Source: Vicinamibacterales bacterium (lineage in GTDB: Bacteria > Acidobacteriota > Vicinamibacteria > Vicinamibacterales > CAVVIG01). From it: DNA of 64,000 nt. Positions 1-10,871 of the stretch are shown here, one piece after another. The stretch covers positions 1,491,060 through 1,555,059 of the forward strand of contig CBDDJX010000003.1 of NCBI GenBank assembly GCA_965229885.1, written 5' to 3'. The notes below the pieces were generated by a model. The model did not search any database and had not been told where the DNA came from. It worked only from the letters and a program-made list of their open reading frames with translations. The translations under genes and the position numbers were made by a program. Within the stretch, counting starts at the first letter, position 1. The number at the start of each line of letters is the position of its first letter.

Positions 1-1578
1 CCTGGGTACAGCCGTGCCCCGGCAGACCGTCTTGCGGCCCAGGCGATCGGCGGCTCGTCCGACACGTGGTCCATTGAAGCGCTCGGCGCGTCCGGCGATC
101 TGCTGCATGCGGCCGCCGTCATCCGGTCGGACGACGGTCGTGCGTCTGGCGTCGTGGTGGCCACTGACTATCTGACCGGCGAGGTCGCGATGCGGTCGCG
201 CCGCATGACGCAGGCGTTCGAGAGCTACAACCAGTTGCGGGTCCTGCGACGCCCGCTCACGGGTTTGTACTTGTCGTTCTTCCTCATGGTGACGCTGCTG
301 ATTCTTTTCGGCGCGATCTGGATAGGCTCCTATCTGGCGAAGCGGATCACGCGGCCGGTCCTGATGCTGTCGGCGGCCGCCCGCGAAATCGGCGCGGGCC
401 GTCTGGATCAGCATGTGGAGCCTCAGAGCAACGACGAGTTCGGCGCGCTGGTCGACGCATTCAACGCGATGGCGGGGGAGCTTGCGACGAGCCGCCGCAA
501 GATCGACCGCTCGACAATCGATCTCGAACGGAAGCATCTCGAAGTGGAAAAGCGCCGGCGCTACATCGAGACGATCCTCGAGCGCATTACGACCGGTGTC
601 GTGTCGGTCGATGCCCGCGGCGTAGTGACGACGATCAACAGCGCCGCGGCACGGCTGCTCAGTCTGACTCGCACGATTGTCGGCCAGGCCGCTCTGGCTG
701 TGTTCGACCGGCCCGACCTCCAGCCGCTGGCGGCGCTGCTCGCGGGCGCCAGCCGTACCGTCGCGGAGCCGTCCGCGCAGGAGATCGCGGTCACCCGGGA
801 GGGCCAGGAGATCCACCTGGCGGCCGTGGCGACGGTGCTCGCCGGCGAGAGCGGGGTGTCCGAAGGCGTCGTGTTGGTATTCGACGATGTCACGCCGCTC
901 ATCCGCGCCCAGAAGGTCGCAGCCTGGCGCGAGGTGGCGCGCCGCCTCGCGCATGAAATCAAGAATCCACTCACCCCGATCCAGCTGTGCGCGGAGCGGC
1001 TCCAGCGCCATTTCTCGACCGCGCCGCCGGCCGCCAAGGCGCTCGTGGACGAGTGTGCGGGGACGATCGTCGGCGAGGTCGAATCGTTGAAGGGGCTCGT
1101 CGACGAGTTCTCGCAGTTTGCACGCATGCCGTCGCCGCGAACCGTGGCGACTGATCTGTCGGGGCTCATCGCAGACACGATCGCGCTCTATAGCGGGATT
1201 GTCGGCGCGGTGCGCATTGAGCAGCGGTTCGCTCCCGGCCTGCCGCTCGTGCGGCTCGATCCGGAGCAGATCCGGCGTGTCATCATTAACCTGGTCGACA
1301 ACGCCATCGAGGCGATGGAGCGCCGCGGCGAGATCGTCGTCGAGACACAGCTCGATAGCGCGAACGCCATCGTGCGCGTGATCGTTGCCGATAACGGCCC
1401 GGGGATTCCGGCGGGCGAACGCGAAAAGCTATTCCTGCCGTACTACTCGACCAAGGGCCGCGGCAGCGGCCTTGGTCTGGCCATCGTGCGCCGTATCATC
1501 GCCGAACACGGCGGCAATATCGACGTGGGTGACAACACTCCGCGCGGCACGCGTTTTACAATCGAGTTGCCGTGCTGA
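1..1578 (+). CDS. Sensor histidine kinase, NtrY-like architecture (TM-HAMP-PAS-HisKA-HATPase); 5' end runs off the window
   Basis: Frame 1 has no stop from base 1; the ORF track lists 154..1578. TM helix LYLSFFLMVTLLILFGAIWIGSYL, H-box HEIKNPLTPI, ATPase boxes DNGPGIP and GSGLGLAIV. A sigma54-type response regulator follows. Confidence 0.9.
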   Translation, partial: PGYSRAPADRLAAQAIGGSSDTWSIEALGASGDLLHAAAVIRSDDGRASGVVVATDYLTGEVAMRSRRMTQAFESYNQLRVLRRPLTGLYLSFFLMVTLLILFGAIWIGSYLAKRITRPVLMLSAAAREIGAGRLDQHVEPQSNDEFGALVDAFNAMAGELATSRRKIDRSTIDLERKHLEVEKRRRYIETILERITTGVVSVDARGVVTTINSAAARLLSLTRTIVGQAALAVFDRPDLQPLAALLAGASRTVAEPSAQEIAVTREGQEIHLAAVATVLAGESGVSEGVVLVFDDVTPLIRAQKVAAWREVARRLAHEIKNPLTPIQLCAERLQRHFSTAPPAAKALVDECAGTIVGEVESLKGLVDEFSQFARMPSPRTVATDLSGLIADTIALYSGIVGAVRIEQRFAPGLPLVRLDPEQIRRVIINLVDNAIEAMERRGEIVVETQLDSANAIVRVIVADNGPGIPAGEREKLFLPYYSTKGRGSGLGLAIVRRIIAEHGGNIDVGDNTPRGTRFTIELPC

Positions 1579-1590
1579 CGGTCGGCTTCA

Positions 1591-1633
1591 GGCTCGGGGC
1601 TGTGGGCTGCAGGCCAGCCCAGAGCTCCGAGCC
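1591..1633 (+). promoter_or_regulatory. Imperfect hairpin (19-nt arms, 17/19 complementary, 5-nt loop) just after the kinase stop codon
   Basis: ggctcggggctgtgggctg (1591-1609) pairs with cagcccagagctccgagcc (1615-1633). No U-tract follows, so it is not a classic intrinsic terminator. Confidence 0.3.
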
Positions 1634-1647
1634 CCGAGCCCCGAGCC
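1627..1647. repeat. Three perfect tandem heptamers, CCGAGCC x3, ending 1 nt before the GTG start of the response regulator
   Basis: Read directly: ccgagcc ccgagcc ccgagcc at 1627-1647. Confidence 0.8.
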
Positions 1648-1648
1648 T

Positions 1649-3043
<1,395 letters not shown>

Positions 3044-3066
3044 TGTTATAATCGCTCCGTCCTTCA

Positions 3067-3933
3067 ATGTCAGATTCGCCTCGTACCGATGGGTCCCGCG
3101 CTTTCGCTGCCGCGTCGGAGGCGGATCGCGACGCGAAAATCGAGCAGCTCCTGCTCACCGGCCTCGATCATTACTTCGCCACACAATACGACCACGCCAT
3201 CAGCGTCTGGACCCGTGTGCTCTTTGTCGACCGCACTCACGCCCGGGCCCGCGCGTACATCGAGCGGGCGCGCAGCGCGCTGGCGGAGCGCCAGCGGGAG
3301 TCCGAAGAGCTGCTGCAAAGCGGCGTCGCGGCGTTTCAGCGCGGCGACGGCGACGAAGCGCGGCGCCTGGTGCAGGCCGCCATCGACGGCGGCGCACCGA
3401 CGGACGAAGCGCTGGCCGTGCTCGATCTGCTGAATCGCCGCCTCCGAACCTCGCCGGTCGTCGCTCCGACCGCGCCAGCGCGCCGCGCGCGGAGTGTGGT
3501 GGTGCCACCCGCGGCCAAGTTGCCCGCCCCGTGGTCGGCGCTCACGATTGCCCTCCTGTTCGTCCTGGCGTTGGCGGCCGCGGGTGCCTACTCGGCGGCC
3601 GTCTGGGGACCACTCGATTGGCGCGACGTATTCCCGCTGCAGAGCCCGCCGACGAGAGCCGCCGGGGCGGTTGTCGCGCGCGAGCCGACGGTCGCGCCAC
3701 CGCGCCGCGGCGAGTTGGCGTTGGCGCGCGCGCGGGCGCGTGCTGCGGACGGCCACCTCCGCGACGCTCTGACCGCGCTAGATCTCGTGAGGCCAACCGA
3801 TCCGCAGAAAGCGGAGGCCGATCGGCTTCGCGGTGAAATTCAACTTCAGCTCATCGCGTTGACGTCGGTTCCCGCGCAGCCGGCCGCGGAACGACGCGCC
3901 GAGAGCGCAACCGGCGATCGACGCGTTCCATGA
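3067..3933 (+). CDS. Hypothetical membrane-anchored protein with TPR-like helical N-terminus
   Basis: 288-aa ORF with one central TM segment (WSALTIALLFVLALAAAGAYSAAVW). Its stop overlaps the start of the next gene (ATGA). Confidence 0.6.
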   Translation: MSDSPRTDGSRAFAAASEADRDAKIEQLLLTGLDHYFATQYDHAISVWTRVLFVDRTHARARAYIERARSALAERQRESEELLQSGVAAFQRGDGDEARRLVQAAIDGGAPTDEALAVLDLLNRRLRTSPVVAPTAPARRARSVVVPPAAKLPAPWSALTIALLFVLALAAAGAYSAAVWGPLDWRDVFPLQSPPTRAAGAVVAREPTVAPPRRGELALARARARAADGHLRDALTALDLVRPTDPQKAEADRLRGEIQLQLIALTSVPAQPAAERRAESATGDRRVP

Positions 3934-4853
3934 AGTGCCCCAAGTGCGGCTATCTGGGATTCGAGAGCGTGGACCGGTGCCGTAATTGTGGTTACGACTT
4001 CACGCTCACGCCGTCCACTGACATTCTCGACTTGCCTCTAAAGACGACGTCGATGGCATTAACCGCGTCGGCCGAGCGGGACGTGCGACAGCCTTTGGGC
4101 GAATTGTCGTTTCTGGACACGGCCCTGCCGGCTGAGCCCGGCCACCTTTCCGGCTGGGCGAAGCCTGATGTCCGGTATGCGGCGGCTGCCGACCCCCCGT
4201 CAGTGCCGCTATCGGAAGACCTGCCTCTGTTCGGCGCCGCGATTCCAGACGATTTGCCGCTCATCATCAAACCGTCTCTTCCGCGCCCGCCGCTCGCCGT
4301 GCGTCGCGCGATGCCCGACACGCCGCGTCTCAGACGCGTATCGGCACAGACGGCCACGCTGGATCTCGGTCTCGAGCCTCCGGCGCGCTCCACCGTATCG
4401 GATTGCGCGGCGCGCATCGAGGCGCCGGCCGACACGGACGCCGTGGAGGACGCGACCAGCGGCGCCCGGTTTGCAGCCTGCGTGACCGACGTGCTCATTC
4501 TTGCGGCGATCGATGCCGCTGTCGTCTATTTCACGATGCAGATCTGCGGCATCGGCCCGGACGATCTCGGCATCCTGGCCAGGGCGCCGATGTTCGCATT
4601 TCTCTGCGTCCAGAACGGCGGCTACCTCATCGCGTCTACGGCCGGCGGTCAGACGCTCGGAAAAATGGCAGCAGGGATCAAGGTGGTCTCCGTTGAGCCC
4701 AGCTCCTCACTCGACTTTGGCCGCGCCTTCGTCAGAGAGTTCGTGTGGCTCGTGCTCGCGGCGCCCGCGGGCCTCGGACTCCTGACTGTCTTGAGCCGCG
4801 ATCATCGCGGCGTCCACGATCGCGTCGCCGGCACCCGCGTCGTGCGCGCCTGA
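3930..4853 (+). CDS. Zinc-ribbon + RDD-family membrane protein
   Basis: N-terminal CPKCG...CRNCG zinc ribbon. The C-terminal hydrophobic part looks like an RDD domain (VTDVLILAAIDAAVVYF...GQTLGKMAAGIKVV...HDRVAGTRVV). Confidence 0.75.
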   Translation: MKCPKCGYLGFESVDRCRNCGYDFTLTPSTDILDLPLKTTSMALTASAERDVRQPLGELSFLDTALPAEPGHLSGWAKPDVRYAAAADPPSVPLSEDLPLFGAAIPDDLPLIIKPSLPRPPLAVRRAMPDTPRLRRVSAQTATLDLGLEPPARSTVSDCAARIEAPADTDAVEDATSGARFAACVTDVLILAAIDAAVVYFTMQICGIGPDDLGILARAPMFAFLCVQNGGYLIASTAGGQTLGKMAAGIKVVSVEPSSSLDFGRAFVREFVWLVLAAPAGLGLLTVLSRDHRGVHDRVAGTRVVRA

Positions 4854-4858
4854 AAGGG

Positions 4859-5362
4859 GTGGCCTCCCACCCCCGTTTCGCCCTCGCGATCTCCACCGTA
4901 TTTGGAATCGGTTACGTACCGGTCGCTCCCGGCACGTTTGGATCCGCTGCGGGTCTTCTGCTTTGGATGGTGCTGCCAGGTTCAGCGATCGTTCAGGCCG
5001 CGGTGATTGTCGCCCTCTTCGTTCTGGGCTCGATCGCAGGGAATGCGGCGGAACGTCACTTTGGCCGCACTGACCCGCGCCAGGTCATCGTCGACGAGGT
5101 GATGGGCATGCTCATCACGCTTTTTCTCAATCCCGTCGGCGTGAAAGGGGCGCTCGTCGGTTTCCTGTTCTTTCGCGCCACTGATGTCATCAAGCCGTAT
5201 CCAGCCAATCGCCTGGAGCGGCTGCCGGGCGGCATCGGCGTCATGGCGGATGACGCCATGGCGGCCGTCTACGCGAATCTCGCCCTTCGGGCCACGATCT
5301 TTGCGTTGGGCAATCGGGTCATTTCAATATCCAATGATCCAATTACCACATTCATGCGATGA
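4859..5362 (+). CDS. pgpA: Phosphatidylglycerophosphatase A
   Basis: FGIGYVPVAPGTFGSAAG, DEVMGM and FFRATDVIKPYPA motifs. The GTG at 4859 is in frame and sits just after the upstream stop. Confidence 0.85.
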   Translation: MASHPRFALAISTVFGIGYVPVAPGTFGSAAGLLLWMVLPGSAIVQAAVIVALFVLGSIAGNAAERHFGRTDPRQVIVDEVMGMLITLFLNPVGVKGALVGFLFFRATDVIKPYPANRLERLPGGIGVMADDAMAAVYANLALRATIFALGNRVISISNDPITTFMR

Positions 5363-6645
5363 AGGCCTGCATCATTGCGGTGGGCAGCGAGATGCTGACG
5401 CCGTTCCGCGTCGACACGAACTCCCTCGTCATCACCGAGCGCCTGAACACCCTCGGGTACGACGTCCGGCTCAAGGTGGTCGTGGGCGACGACACCCTGG
5501 AAGTGGCCCGGGCGTTCGAAGGGGCACTCACCTGGGCTGATGTCGTCGTGGTCGTCGGCGGTCTCGGACCGACCGACGACGACATCACGCGCGGCGCCAT
5601 CGTCCACGTGCTGCAAGCGCCACTCGAAGTACATGAACACGTCCTGGAGCGGATTCGCGAACGCTTCGCCCGCCGCGGCATGGAGATGCCGGAGATCAAC
5701 CGGCGTCAGGCGATGGCGCCGCGCGGCGCGGCGCTCCTGGACAACCCGAACGGCACGGCGCCTGGCCTCTGGATCGAGCACGGGTCGACGGCGATCGTCT
5801 TGTTGCCCGGCCCGCCGCGCGAGATGACGCCAATGTTCGACTCGGTGATTCGCGATCGGCTGGCGGCCCGCGGCGGCGCCACCGGCCTGTTCCGGCGCGT
5901 GGTAAAAATCACTGGCCGCGCCGAATCGGCCGTCGATACCGACGCTCAGCCGGTCTACGGGCGATGGACGACCGCGCGAACTCCGATCGCCACCACGATT
6001 CTCGCTGCGCTGGGGCAAATCGAGCTTCACTTGACGGCGCGCGCGGAGAGCCGCCGGGAGGCAGACGCGGCGTTGGACGCAGCGGTCGAGGAACTCAAGA
6101 CGGCTCTCGGCGATGCCGTTTACAGCACGGACGGCCGGAACCTCGAAGCGGTTGTCGGCGATCTTCTTCGCGAGAGGCACTGCACCGTGGCTACTGCCGA
6201 GTCGTGCACCGGCGGGATACTGACCTCGCGATTGACCGATGTCCCCGGCAGTTCCGCGTACGTCGAGCGCGGCTTCGTGTGCTACAGCAACCGGTCGAAG
6301 ATCGAACTTGTTGGTGTGCCTAATGCGATGCTGGCCGAGCACGGGGCGGTTAGCGATCCGGTGGCGCAGGCGATGGCAGAGGGTGCGCGAGCACGAGCGG
6401 CGACACGTGTCGGGATCGGCATCACCGGCGTCGCGGGTCCAGACGGCGGGACCCCGGCCAAGCCGGTGGGCACCGTCTCGATCGCCGTCGTCGTTGACGG
6501 CGAGAGTCGCGTCCGTACGTTTCAATTCGTCGGCGGGCGCGAACAGATAAAGTTCCAGGCGTCGCAGGCGGCGCTGAATATGTTGCGGCTGATGCTGGAG
6601 CACGACGGTCAGCGCAGCACTCCGGGCGGGCTTGTATCGCGCTGA
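5359..6645 (+). CDS. cinA: CinA-family competence/damage-inducible protein (NMN amidohydrolase PncC domain)
   Basis: N-terminal MoCF-like domain (GGLGPTDDDITR) plus C-terminal CinA domain (TVATAESCTGGIL...GITGVAGP). Confidence 0.9.
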   Translation: MKACIIAVGSEMLTPFRVDTNSLVITERLNTLGYDVRLKVVVGDDTLEVARAFEGALTWADVVVVVGGLGPTDDDITRGAIVHVLQAPLEVHEHVLERIRERFARRGMEMPEINRRQAMAPRGAALLDNPNGTAPGLWIEHGSTAIVLLPGPPREMTPMFDSVIRDRLAARGGATGLFRRVVKITGRAESAVDTDAQPVYGRWTTARTPIATTILAALGQIELHLTARAESRREADAALDAAVEELKTALGDAVYSTDGRNLEAVVGDLLRERHCTVATAESCTGGILTSRLTDVPGSSAYVERGFVCYSNRSKIELVGVPNAMLAEHGAVSDPVAQAMAEGARARAATRVGIGITGVAGPDGGTPAKPVGTVSIAVVVDGESRVRTFQFVGGREQIKFQASQAALNMLRLMLEHDGQRSTPGGLVSR

Positions 6646-6664
6646 CGCGTGCTAACCTGACGTC

Positions 6665-7240
6665 ATGCCGACGATGGCGATCCTCTTGGCGTATGGCATC
6701 GGATCGACGCCCGTTGCGTGGCTGCTCGCGCGGCGCTGGGGCGCGGGCGACTTACGGCGCGTCGGCAGTGGGAATATCGGCGCGGCAAACGTGTTTCGGG
6801 CGTCCGGTGTCGCGGCGGGTGTGCTGGTTGCCGTCCTCGATGTGGCCAAAGGCGCCGCCAGCGTCGTTGTCGCCGACCGCATGGGTGGCGGTGCCGGTGT
6901 GGCCGCCGCGGCGGGGATGGCGGCGATCGTCGGGCACATCTATCCCTTCTGGCTGCATTTCCGCGGCGGCAAAGGCGTCGCCACGGCTTGCGGCGTGTTT
7001 GCCATATTGAGTCCAGCCGCGGTGGCGCCGGCCCTCGCCGTCTTTGTCGGCACCGTCTGGATCACGAAGTACGTGTCGCTCGCATCGCTGGCCCTTCCGC
7101 CGATGGCGTACGCGACGGGCAGCCCTGGTCCGGTTGTCATCGTCTCGTGCGCCGCGAGTGCGCTAATCGTGTTTCGACATCGCTCGAACGTCGTGCGCCT
7201 GCGGACCGGCACCGAACTCCGCATCGGAGCCAGAGGGTAA
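6665..7240 (+). CDS. plsY: Glycerol-3-phosphate acyltransferase PlsY
   Basis: GSGNIGAANVFR and HIYPFWLHFRGGKGVAT motifs; polytopic membrane protein. Confidence 0.92.
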   Translation: MPTMAILLAYGIGSTPVAWLLARRWGAGDLRRVGSGNIGAANVFRASGVAAGVLVAVLDVAKGAASVVVADRMGGGAGVAAAAGMAAIVGHIYPFWLHFRGGKGVATACGVFAILSPAAVAPALAVFVGTVWITKYVSLASLALPPMAYATGSPGPVVIVSCAASALIVFRHRSNVVRLRTGTELRIGARG

Positions 7241-8244
7241 TGCGGACGATTGCCGTTCTCGGCGCCGGTAGTTGGGGGACCGCGCTGTCGGTTCATCTGG
7301 CGAAGCAGGGACATCAGGTCCATCTCTGGGGACGCGACCAGCGGCTGGTCGATCAGATGCGCGACCGCAGGGCAAACGCCGTCTATCTGCCTGGCGTGAA
7401 GCTTCCCAACGGCGTGTCGGTCACGTGCGAGCTGGATGAAGCGCTTGCCCACGTCGATCTCGTCGTCTCCGCGGTCCCGTCGCATGGATGCCGCGCGGTA
7501 TTGCGCGCGGCCGCGCCGCACATCAAGGCTGGTGCGACGATGGTGAGCGCGACGAAGGGGCTGGAAGTCGACACGCGGCTCCGACTGTCAGAGGTGATCG
7601 TGGAGGAAGTCGGGCCGTCGCATCCGGTGGTCGCGCTGTCCGGACCGAGCTTCGCCGCCGAGGTGGCCCGCGAGTTGCCGACCGCCGCCGTCGTGGCATC
7701 GTCAGACGCCAAGGCGATGGCTGTCGTGCAGGCGGAGTTTCGTGGTCCCTACTTCCGCTTGTACGGCAGCGATGACGTCATTGGCGTTGAGATTGGCGGA
7801 GCACTCAAGAATGTCATCGCGATCGCGGCCGGCGTTGTCGAGGGGCTCGGGCTCGGCCATAACGCGCTCGCGGCGCTCGTCACGCGCGGGCTCGCGGAAG
7901 TGACGCGGCTGGCGTGCGCAGCCGGGGGCCGGCGCGACACGCTGGCGGGGCTGAGCGGCCTCGGCGATCTCGTGCTCACGTGCACCGGCGACTTGAGCCG
8001 CAATCGACGTGTCGGCGTCGAGCTCGCACGCGGACGGCCGCTCGACGAGATTCTCGGCGGCATGAAGATGATCGCCGAAGGGGTGCGGACGACGGGGGCG
8101 GCGCTGGCGCTCGGTATGCGGCACGGCGTGGAGCTGCCAATCGCGATGCAGATGGGAGAAGTGCTGGCGGGACGGGCCGATGTCCGTTCCGCGCTCGATG
8201 CGCTGATGCTTCGCCGGCAACGAGCGGAAGCGGAGAGCACATGA
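7240..8244 (+). CDS. gpsA: NAD(P)H-dependent glycerol-3-phosphate dehydrogenase
   Basis: ATG at 7240 overlaps the plsY TAA. AVLGAGSWGTALS Rossmann motif, GALKNVIAIAAG, NRRVG. The longer ORF 6718..8244 is an upstream extension artefact. Confidence 0.92.
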   Translation: MRTIAVLGAGSWGTALSVHLAKQGHQVHLWGRDQRLVDQMRDRRANAVYLPGVKLPNGVSVTCELDEALAHVDLVVSAVPSHGCRAVLRAAAPHIKAGATMVSATKGLEVDTRLRLSEVIVEEVGPSHPVVALSGPSFAAEVARELPTAAVVASSDAKAMAVVQAEFRGPYFRLYGSDDVIGVEIGGALKNVIAIAAGVVEGLGLGHNALAALVTRGLAEVTRLACAAGGRRDTLAGLSGLGDLVLTCTGDLSRNRRVGVELARGRPLDEILGGMKMIAEGVRTTGAALALGMRHGVELPIAMQMGEVLAGRADVRSALDALMLRRQRAEAEST

Positions 8245-8254
8245 CGCCTCTACC

Positions 8255-9178
8255 GTGAGCTTGATTGGCCGCATCCGCGAGAGTCTCTCCCGCAGCACGC
8301 GGGAGATCGTCAGCCGCTTCGATGAGATTGTCCGCCAGGCCGATGAGCCGGAGCGAGGCTCGCGTCCGGTCGACGTCGAAACCGTCGACGCGCTCGAAGA
8401 ACTGCTGATCTCCGCCGATATCGGCGGCGCGGCGACGGGTCGCATCATCGCCGCGGTCAAGGCGAAGTCATCGCGCGCGTCGAGCCTGCGCGACCTCGTG
8501 AAGGACGAGATCCGCGCGGTGTTTGCGGCCGTCGACTTTCCGGTGGCCGTGACGGCGCGTCCCAAGGTCATCCTGATCGTCGGCGTCAACGGCACCGGCA
8601 AGACGACAACGGTTGGCAAGCTGGCCAACCTGCTGAAGCGGCAGGGTGAGAAGCCGTTGATCTGCGCCGCCGACACGTTTCGCGCGGCGGCCGTGGAACA
8701 ACTCGAGATCTGGGCACATCGCGCCGGCGTCGACATGATTCGCTCGCGCGAGGGCGCCGATCCCGCCGCGGTCGTCTTCGATGCGATCTCGTCGGGCAAG
8801 GCGAAGGGACGGGATCCGATTCTCATCGATACCGCCGGGCGGTTGCACACACGCGTGAACTTGATGAACGAGCTCGAGAAGATCCGGCGCGTCGCCTCGC
8901 GCGAGGTCGCCGGCGCGCCCCAGGAGGTGCTGCTCGTGCTCGACGCCACGGTCGGCCAGAACGGCGTCACCCAGGCGCGGGAATTCATGGACGCCGCCGG
9001 GGTCACCGGAATCGTGCTGACGAAGCTCGATGGCACAGCCCAGGGCGGCGTCGGCGTCGCGATTGCGCACGACCTGAAGCTGCCGATCCGGTATGTCGGC
9101 GTCGGCGAAGGCATCGATGATCTGGTGCCGTTTTCGGCCGACGAGTATATTGACGGACTGTTCGAGGAGCAGTGGTGA
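8255..9178 (+). CDS. ftsY: Signal recognition particle receptor FtsY
   Basis: GVNGTGKTTTVGKLA, DTAGRLH and TKLDGTAQGG motifs. Confidence 0.95.
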   Translation: MSLIGRIRESLSRSTREIVSRFDEIVRQADEPERGSRPVDVETVDALEELLISADIGGAATGRIIAAVKAKSSRASSLRDLVKDEIRAVFAAVDFPVAVTARPKVILIVGVNGTGKTTTVGKLANLLKRQGEKPLICAADTFRAAAVEQLEIWAHRAGVDMIRSREGADPAAVVFDAISSGKAKGRDPILIDTAGRLHTRVNLMNELEKIRRVASREVAGAPQEVLLVLDATVGQNGVTQAREFMDAAGVTGIVLTKLDGTAQGGVGVAIAHDLKLPIRYVGVGEGIDDLVPFSADEYIDGLFEEQW

Positions 9179-10257
9179 CGGAGCTCGACTATATGGACCG
9201 CGCGTTGTTTCTGGCCGCGCGCGGCCGCGGGCGGACGAGGCCCAACCCGATGGTTGGCGCCGTGGTTGTCGCTCTCGACGGCGTGGTCGTCGGTCAGGGA
9301 TTCCACGAGCGGGCGGGGAAGCCGCACGCGGAGGTGCAGGCGCTCGGCATGGCCGGAGCGCGTGCGCGCGGGGCGACGCTCTACTGCACCCTCGAGCCGT
9401 GCTGCCATCAGGGCCGCACCGGTCCGTGTGCACCGCGTATCGTCGAAGCCGGCATTGCGCGCGTTGTCGCGGCGACGGTTGATCCGAATCCGGTCGTCGA
9501 GGGCCGCGGCTTCGGTTATCTCCGTTCGCAGGGCGTGAACGTCGAGGTCGGCCTCCGAGCGTCGGCGGCCGTTCGACTGAACCAGCCGTTCTTCACGTTG
9601 ACGCGCGAAGGCCGGCCGTTTGTCATTCTGAAGGTGGCGACGAGCCTCGACGGCTGCATCGCGCGTGCGCGAGGGGAACGGACCGAGCTCACCTCGGCCA
9701 CGGCGAATCGACATGCGCACAGCGTGCGGGCGGAGGTTGACGCCATCGGCATCGGGATTGGAACAATTCTCTGCGACGATCCGCTCCTGACGGCCCGTGG
9801 TGTCTATCGAGAAGGGCCGCTCGTCCGCGTCATTTTCGATCGCCGGCTCCGTACGCCTCCGTCGGCGCGCGTGCTCTCGACACGAGACGCCGGCCCTGTC
9901 ATTATCGTGACGGAGGCGGCCGCGGCGGCGCGTAGGGAAGTGCGCACACCGCTCGAGGACCTGGGCGCGGAGATCGAGGTGACACCCGACGGCTCGTTCG
10001 GGGCGGCACTCGAGCGCCTTGCCGCGCGGCATGTCGGATCGCTGCTGCTCGAAGGCGGCGCGGCGCTGCACGCGGGCGCGTGGGATGAAGGCCTCGTCGA
10101 TTATGTGCGTCTCTACGTCACGCCGCACATCATGGGTCCCGACGGTCTCAAGTTACTCGACGGACGGCGGTTTTCCTCGGCTGCGCTCGTCGAGCAGCAT
10201 GTTGAGCCGCTGGGTCCCGATGTGTTGATAGAGGGATATGTTCACGGGCCTCGTTGA
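9172..10257 (+). CDS. ribD: Bifunctional riboflavin biosynthesis deaminase/reductase RibD
   Basis: Deaminase zinc motifs HAEVQAL and CTLEPCCHQGRTGPC, followed by a C-terminal reductase domain. Confidence 0.92.
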   Translation: MVTELDYMDRALFLAARGRGRTRPNPMVGAVVVALDGVVVGQGFHERAGKPHAEVQALGMAGARARGATLYCTLEPCCHQGRTGPCAPRIVEAGIARVVAATVDPNPVVEGRGFGYLRSQGVNVEVGLRASAAVRLNQPFFTLTREGRPFVILKVATSLDGCIARARGERTELTSATANRHAHSVRAEVDAIGIGIGTILCDDPLLTARGVYREGPLVRVIFDRRLRTPPSARVLSTRDAGPVIIVTEAAAAARREVRTPLEDLGAEIEVTPDGSFGAALERLAARHVGSLLLEGGAALHAGAWDEGLVDYVRLYVTPHIMGPDGLKLLDGRRFSSAALVEQHVEPLGPDVLIEGYVHGPR

Positions 10258-10867
10258 AGCGGTCGGGGAATTGGTCGAGCGCAAGCCAACGAGCGGCGGC
10301 TTGCGACTGCGTATCGCCTCGTCGCTGGCTGAAGAGCTGTCGGCGGGCGACAGCCTCGCGGTGAATGGCGTGTGCCTGACGGTGATCCTCGCGGAGAAAG
10401 GTGAGATCCAGGTCGACGTGGGGCCCGAGACGGTGCGCGTGACCACACTCGGCGCCATCGCGCGAGGCGCTGTCGTGAACCTCGAACGTCCGCTGCGCGC
10501 GGACGGCCGACTGGGCGGCCACTTCGTGCAGGGGCACGTCGACGCAATGGGCCACATCGAGGAACTGCGGGCCGACGCAGATTGTTATTGGCTCACCGTC
10601 GGCTTTCCGTCGCACCTCGCGCCCTTTTTCGTCCACAAGGGCTCCATTGCCGTGGATGGCATCAGCCTGACGATTGCGGGTCTTGGCGTCGATAGGTTCG
10701 ACGTGCAGGTCGTTCCCTACACGATGACGCACACGAATCTGGCCCATGCTGAGCTCCGCGGCCGCGTGAATATCGAAGTGGATATGGTCGGCAAGTACGT
10801 CGTGCGCGCCGCGGAACTGGCGGGATTGAATCTGACGGGAGTACGACCGGGAGAGGTGACGCATTAA
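10238..10867 (+). CDS. ribE: Riboflavin synthase (alpha chain)
   Basis: MFTGLVE N-terminus and a duplicated lumazine-binding fold (SLAVNGVCLTV / SIAVDGISLTI). Confidence 0.92.
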   Translation: MFTGLVEAVGELVERKPTSGGLRLRIASSLAEELSAGDSLAVNGVCLTVILAEKGEIQVDVGPETVRVTTLGAIARGAVVNLERPLRADGRLGGHFVQGHVDAMGHIEELRADADCYWLTVGFPSHLAPFFVHKGSIAVDGISLTIAGLGVDRFDVQVVPYTMTHTNLAHAELRGRVNIEVDMVGKYVVRAAELAGLNLTGVRPGEVTH

Positions 10868-10871
10868 CGCG

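Noticed and set aside
7702-10128. Very long antisense ORFs: 808 aa at 7702..10128, 566 aa at 16533..18233, 556 aa at 55864..57534, 503 aa at 1556..3067, 444 aa at 5269..6603, 426 aa at 29888..31168, 393 aa at 51073..52254 and 385 aa at 24825..25982.
   Set aside because: Each lies opposite a confidently identified conserved gene. Each has Arg/Ala/Pro/Gly-rich low-complexity composition and no recognisable motifs. These are the shadow ORFs expected in GC-rich DNA.
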